This document shows positions 60,828 through 64,000 of a DNA stretch of 64,000 bases, piece after piece. The DNA lies in the NCBI GenBank assembly GCA_964550855.1, contig CAZKBQ010000009.1:6009-70008 (forward strand), written 5' to 3'. Below the pieces are notes generated by a model. The model did no database searches, was not told where the DNA came from, and saw nothing but the letters and a program-made list of their open reading frames with translations. This DNA is from an uncultured Anaerolineae bacterium. Lineage in GTDB: Bacteria; Chloroflexota; Anaerolineae; Fen-1058. Every line of letters starts with the position of its first letter. Position 1 is the stretch's first letter. The position numbers and the translations under genes were made by a program.

Positions 60828-61499
60828 ATGGCTGAATTGATGGAACACACGCGCATCCTCATCGAACAGGTGATCCTGGCACTGGGGTATCCCGGCATCG
60901 TGCTGGTGATGATGCTGGAGAATCTGTTCCCGCCCATTCCATCGGAATTGGTGATGCCGCTGGCCGGGTTCCTGGCCGGGCGCGGGCAGGCCGATTTTGT
61001 GGCGATCTGGGCGGCGGGGACGCTGGGCGCAGTGCTGGGGGCGCTGGCCTTGTATGCCGTGGGCTACTGGGCCGATTCGTATGTGCTGCGCCGATTGCTG
61101 CGTCGCTATGGCCGCTGGCTGCAGGTGGATGAAACCGATCTCGATCGGGTGTTGGCGGCCTTCAAGCGCTACGGCGAGGCGCTGGTGTTGTTCGGGCGGC
61201 TGCTGCCGCTGGTGCGCAGTCTGATCTCGCTGCCGGCCGGCATGTGCCGCATGCCAATGGGCAAATTCCTGATCTTCACGACCATCGGCGCGGGGCTGTG
61301 GAACGGCGCACTGGCCGGCGTGGGCCTGGTGCTGGGCGCGCAATGGATGCAGGTGTTGGAGTTTGTGCGCCGCTATGAAACGCTGACGCTGGGCGCACTG
61401 GCATTAGCCGGCGCAGCCGTCGTGGCCCTGTGGCTGATGCGCTGGCGGCGCCGACAGCTGGCAGCAGTGGCCGAGACGATTGAGATCGCCGAAGATTAA
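60828..61499 (+). CDS. DedA family membrane protein (second, divergent copy)
   Basis: 223 aa with a GGGGGAGG RBS. MLENLFPPIPSELVMPLAG, FKRYGEALVLFGRLLPLVRSLISLPAG. Confidence 0.9.
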   Translation: MAELMEHTRILIEQVILALGYPGIVLVMMLENLFPPIPSELVMPLAGFLAGRGQADFVAIWAAGTLGAVLGALALYAVGYWADSYVLRRLLRRYGRWLQVDETDLDRVLAAFKRYGEALVLFGRLLPLVRSLISLPAGMCRMPMGKFLIFTTIGAGLWNGALAGVGLVLGAQWMQVLEFVRRYETLTLGALALAGAAVVALWLMRWRRRQLAAVAETIEIAED

Positions 61500-61500
61500 T

Positions 61501-61525
61501 CATCGGCGGCCTGCGCCGCCCGATG
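61501..61525. terminator. Hairpin between convergent dedA and XRE genes
   Basis: Stem CATCGGCGGC / GCCGCC(C)GATG with the loop CTGC. It fills the whole 27-nt convergent spacer. Confidence 0.5.
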
Positions 61526-61526
61526 G

Positions 61527-61883
61527 TCAGGGCGCGGCCCGACGATTTTGCCGTTCCAGCAAAAATTCCAGATAGGCCAGCGCCGATTCCTTTTCAATCG
61601 GATCAAGCGCCTGATACAGGGTGACCAGCCGCTGCAGATCCGAGTTCGGCTCAAATTCCCAATCGGGCGTGATGCCGCTCACTTCGCGCAGCATGTCCAG
61701 CGAGGTGGTGCCGAACAGGCGCGCCAGCGCGTCCAGCTCCGCCACCGACGGGCTGGTCTTGCCGGTCTCCAGGCTGGAGATGTAGCTGGAGCTGCGATCG
61801 AGACCGGCGCGATCCACCACCTCTTGCTGGGTCCAGCCGTGACGATCACGTTGACGTTTAAGCAGTTGCCCTAAGGTCGGCAT
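61527..61883 (-). CDS. XRE-family helix-turn-helix transcriptional regulator
   Basis: 118 aa. LKRQRDRHGWTQQEVVDRAGLDRSSSYISSLETGKTSPS (HTH_3 pattern). The AAGGAG RBS overlaps the def stop. Confidence 0.85.
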   Translation of the reverse strand: MPTLGQLLKRQRDRHGWTQQEVVDRAGLDRSSSYISSLETGKTSPSVAELDALARLFGTTSLDMLREVSGITPDWEFEPNSDLQRLVTLYQALDPIEKESALAYLEFLLERQNRRAAP

Positions 61884-61891
61884 ACCGCTCC

Positions 61892-62431
61892 TTATCCCAT
61901 CGTTTTCGCTTCCTCGGCTTCTTCGCTGCCGGCCTCGACGCGCCGCAGCGTGTCGGGGATCAGCCGGTCGATGTACAGCACGCCGTCCAGGTGATCGATC
62001 TCGTGCTGGAAGATGCGCGCCAGCCAGCCGCTGGCGTTAATCTTCACCCGCTGCCCCGAACGGTTTAGCCCTTTCACGGCTATCGCTTCGTGCCGCGTCA
62101 CATCGCCCATCCAGCCGGGGATGCTAAGACATCCTTCGGTGCCGTCCACCATCTCGTCGGACGCCCACACGATCTCCGGGTTGACGAGCACATACAGTTT
62201 CTTCTTCGCGGGCTGGTCGTCGTCGTCATCGGCCTCCTCGGCATATTCCACCACGATGACGCGCTCGCCAACGCCCACCTGCGGCGCCGCCAGGCCCACG
62301 CCCGGCGCAGCGCGCATGGTTTCAATCATGTCCGCGATCAGCTGCCGGATCTCCGGCGTGATCTTGTCCACCTTCCTGGCCTTGCGACGCAGCACGGGAT
62401 CATCTATCACTCGAATATCAAGTATCGTCAT
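61892..62431 (-). CDS. def: Peptide deformylase
   Basis: 179 aa from ATG 62431. Motifs GVGLAAPQVG, EGCLSIPG and QHEIDHLDG. An acidic insert EEADDDDDQPAKKK lies between motifs 1 and 2. Confidence 0.9.
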   Translation of the reverse strand: MTILDIRVIDDPVLRRKARKVDKITPEIRQLIADMIETMRAAPGVGLAAPQVGVGERVIVVEYAEEADDDDDQPAKKKLYVLVNPEIVWASDEMVDGTEGCLSIPGWMGDVTRHEAIAVKGLNRSGQRVKINASGWLARIFQHEIDHLDGVLYIDRLIPDTLRRVEAGSEEAEEAKTMG

Positions 62432-64000
62432 CACTCTGCTCCCCGGTCATGACTATCGGCGCGGGCGGCGGCACCGGCGGCCGTGCGCCAAATCGGATTT
62501 GATCATAAGCAGCCAGCCAGTCGCTGAGTTCGTTGCGGCGGCCCTGCGCTTCAGCTTCGGCCCGGCGGCGGTTGAACGCGGCCAATCGCTTGGTGATCTC
62601 GGCCTGCGCCCCCGCCGGGTCTTTGATGTTCACAAAGTCAATGGTGGACCCGGGCACTTTGATTTTGAGCGTGCCATAGCGGATCAACTTCTGGATCGGG
62701 CCGGCGACGTCCAGCTCCGTCGATTGAAAATTGGACAGCGGCGAGGTCTGCCGCCGCTCGGTCAGCGAAAACGGCGTGCGCTCCAGATCGACAATGTGCG
62801 TGGACGTCACCATGTATTCGTCATTGCGCCAGTCCTCAAAGACCCACAGCCACCAGAAGGATATGACGATGATGCCGAACAGGAACGCCAGCCACCAGTT
62901 GTTGTCCTGAAGCAAGGTGCCCAGCGGCGGCTGCGCCAGCCACCAGTTGATCGCCGCCGCCGCCGTCACAATCCACGCCAGGGTGGGCCAGATCAACTTG
63001 CCCCACAGCATAACCCAGTGCTTGCGCCACACAATTGTGTCGCCGCGCCTCTCCACCAGCGGCGGGAAGAAATAGTGCAGCAGTCCGCCTAAAAAGAAGC
63101 GCGTGGTGGCCGGCGGCGGCGCGGCGGGCGGCGCTAACACGATCGGTTCATTGCTGTCGAGCCGCCGGGCCAGGTCCGCCCGAATCTTCTGGCGTTCCGA
63201 AGCGCGGGCGCGCGAACGCAGCTTGTCGATCTCCTCGCGGATCAAGTCCTTGACAGTTTCCGCGTCAGGGATGTCGCGCATGCCCAACGGCGCGGTGAAC
63301 GTCTCCACTTCCAGATCGCCGAAGTTGAACAACATCGGCGCCAGGCCGCTGCGCGAGAACTGAATCTGTGTGACCGATTGCAGCGGAGCTTCAGTGCGCC
63401 GCTTGCGGATGAGAAACAGCTCGTCGGAGTGGACGATGCGCCGGTTGGTGACCACCCAGAAGTCGTTTCGCCAATCGACAAAGTAGTAGGTAAGGATGGC
63501 CAGCGCAATCACACCGGCAATGCCCAGCGCCCAGCCTTCCAGCGCCGGGTTCGTCAGATTGATCGCTTCCACGAACAGCAACAAGATCAACAGGCCCAAC
63601 ACCGGAAAAATGCCGCGCCGCACCAACCCCCACCAGTGCTGGCGCGTGAAGATCACCACCACTTCATCGGGGTCCTGCCAGCCGAAGTGCGGCGCGCGCA
63701 GCCGGCGCGCCACGTCGGCGCTGGGTGTCAAGCGCCCCCACAGGTGCGGATGGGTTTTGCGCAGCGACTGAAACTGATCGCGCTGAAAGACGATGACCAC
63801 CAGATCGGTCTCGGCATGCGCGGTCACGTCGTGTGGCTCGGCCACCAGCAGCGCCGATTCGCCCAGCATGGCGCCGCGCTCGCGAACGCCGGCATCGCGC
63901 ACCGCGCCATCCGGATCGATGTACATGAGATGCACGACGCCGGAATAAATGATGGTCAGCCGGTCGTCACTCTCGCTCTGTCGGTATAAGATGTCGCCGG
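62418..64000 (-). CDS. Membrane protein with N-terminal cyclic-nucleotide-binding-like domain and two bPH_2 (YdbT-like) modules; 5-prime end outside window
   Basis: The frame stays open to the window edge (...GDILYRQSESDDRLTIIYSGVVHLMYID...GAMLGESALL is a CAP/cNMP fold). There are two TM-hairpin + bacterial PH repeats (DWRNDFWVVTNRRIV..., DWRNDEYMVTSTHIV...). The stop overlaps the def start by 14 nt. Confidence 0.8.
   Translation of the reverse strand, partial: GDILYRQSESDDRLTIIYSGVVHLMYIDPDGAVRDAGVRERGAMLGESALLVAEPHDVTAHAETDLVVIVFQRDQFQSLRKTHPHLWGRLTPSADVARRLRAPHFGWQDPDEVVVIFTRQHWWGLVRRGIFPVLGLLILLLFVEAINLTNPALEGWALGIAGVIALAILTYYFVDWRNDFWVVTNRRIVHSDELFLIRKRRTEAPLQSVTQIQFSRSGLAPMLFNFGDLEVETFTAPLGMRDIPDAETVKDLIREEIDKLRSRARASERQKIRADLARRLDSNEPIVLAPPAAPPPATTRFFLGGLLHYFFPPLVERRGDTIVWRKHWVMLWGKLIWPTLAWIVTAAAAINWWLAQPPLGTLLQDNNWWLAFLFGIIVISFWWLWVFEDWRNDEYMVTSTHIVDLERTPFSLTERRQTSPLSNFQSTELDVAGPIQKLIRYGTLKIKVPGSTIDFVNIKDPAGAQAEITKRLAAFNRRRAEAEAQGRRNELSDWLAAYDQIRFGARPPVPPPAPIVMTGEQSDDDT

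Noticed and set aside
61892-62431. Acidic insertion (EEADDDDDQPAKKK) in peptide deformylase as a sign of a non-functional or specialised paralog
   Set aside because: All three catalytic motifs (GxGxAAxQ, EGCLS, QHExDH) are intact. The insert falls in a loop that is length-variable among deformylases, so it is not flagged on its own.

Overview
This is a GC-rich (roughly mid-60s % by eye) bacterial chromosomal segment. It is densely coding, with about 50 CDS on both strands and many 4-nt ATGA/GTGA start-stop overlaps. I found no rRNA, tRNA, CRISPR, transposase or phage genes. The gene content includes several ArnT/PMT-like GT-C membrane glycosyltransferases, choice-of-anchor-type beta-helix exoproteins, CARDB domains, a pyruvoyl arginine decarboxylase and a class-I HMG-CoA reductase homolog. 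This suggests a Chloroflexota-like organism, but that is inference only.

More than half of the window encodes envelope glycoconjugate machinery:
- five GT-C enzymes
- two membrane-anchored GT2 polyprenyl-phosphate sugar synthases
- one phosphoglycosyl transferase
- two GT4s
- two epimerases
- two SAM methyltransferases
- an orphan Wzt-type ABC ATPase
- a class A PBP
- two DedA proteins

These are interleaved with at least seven secreted proteins: two GH-A/CARDB paralogs, three beta-helix proteins, a GH13 amylase and a CBM/LysM protein. Housekeeping islands include crotonase-ung-hbd, pdaD, surE, def, M20 and gluzincin peptidases, and an ECF sigma/anti-sigma pair.

The most notable observations are:
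1. Five secreted enzymes of unrelated fold share an extreme C-terminal tail, ...L-P-x3-6-R-stop.
2. A family of intergenic heptanucleotide-repeat hairpin elements is present.
3. An HMG-CoA-reductase homolog has an extra N-terminal domain and Asp at the catalytic-His position. It is followed by two DedA genes.
4. A Wzt ATPase is translationally coupled to a GT-C protein, with no Wzm permease.
5. A 3-hydroxyacyl-CoA dehydrogenase pseudoenzyme is linked to pdaD.

All family assignments come from motif reading of the supplied translations. No database search was possible.
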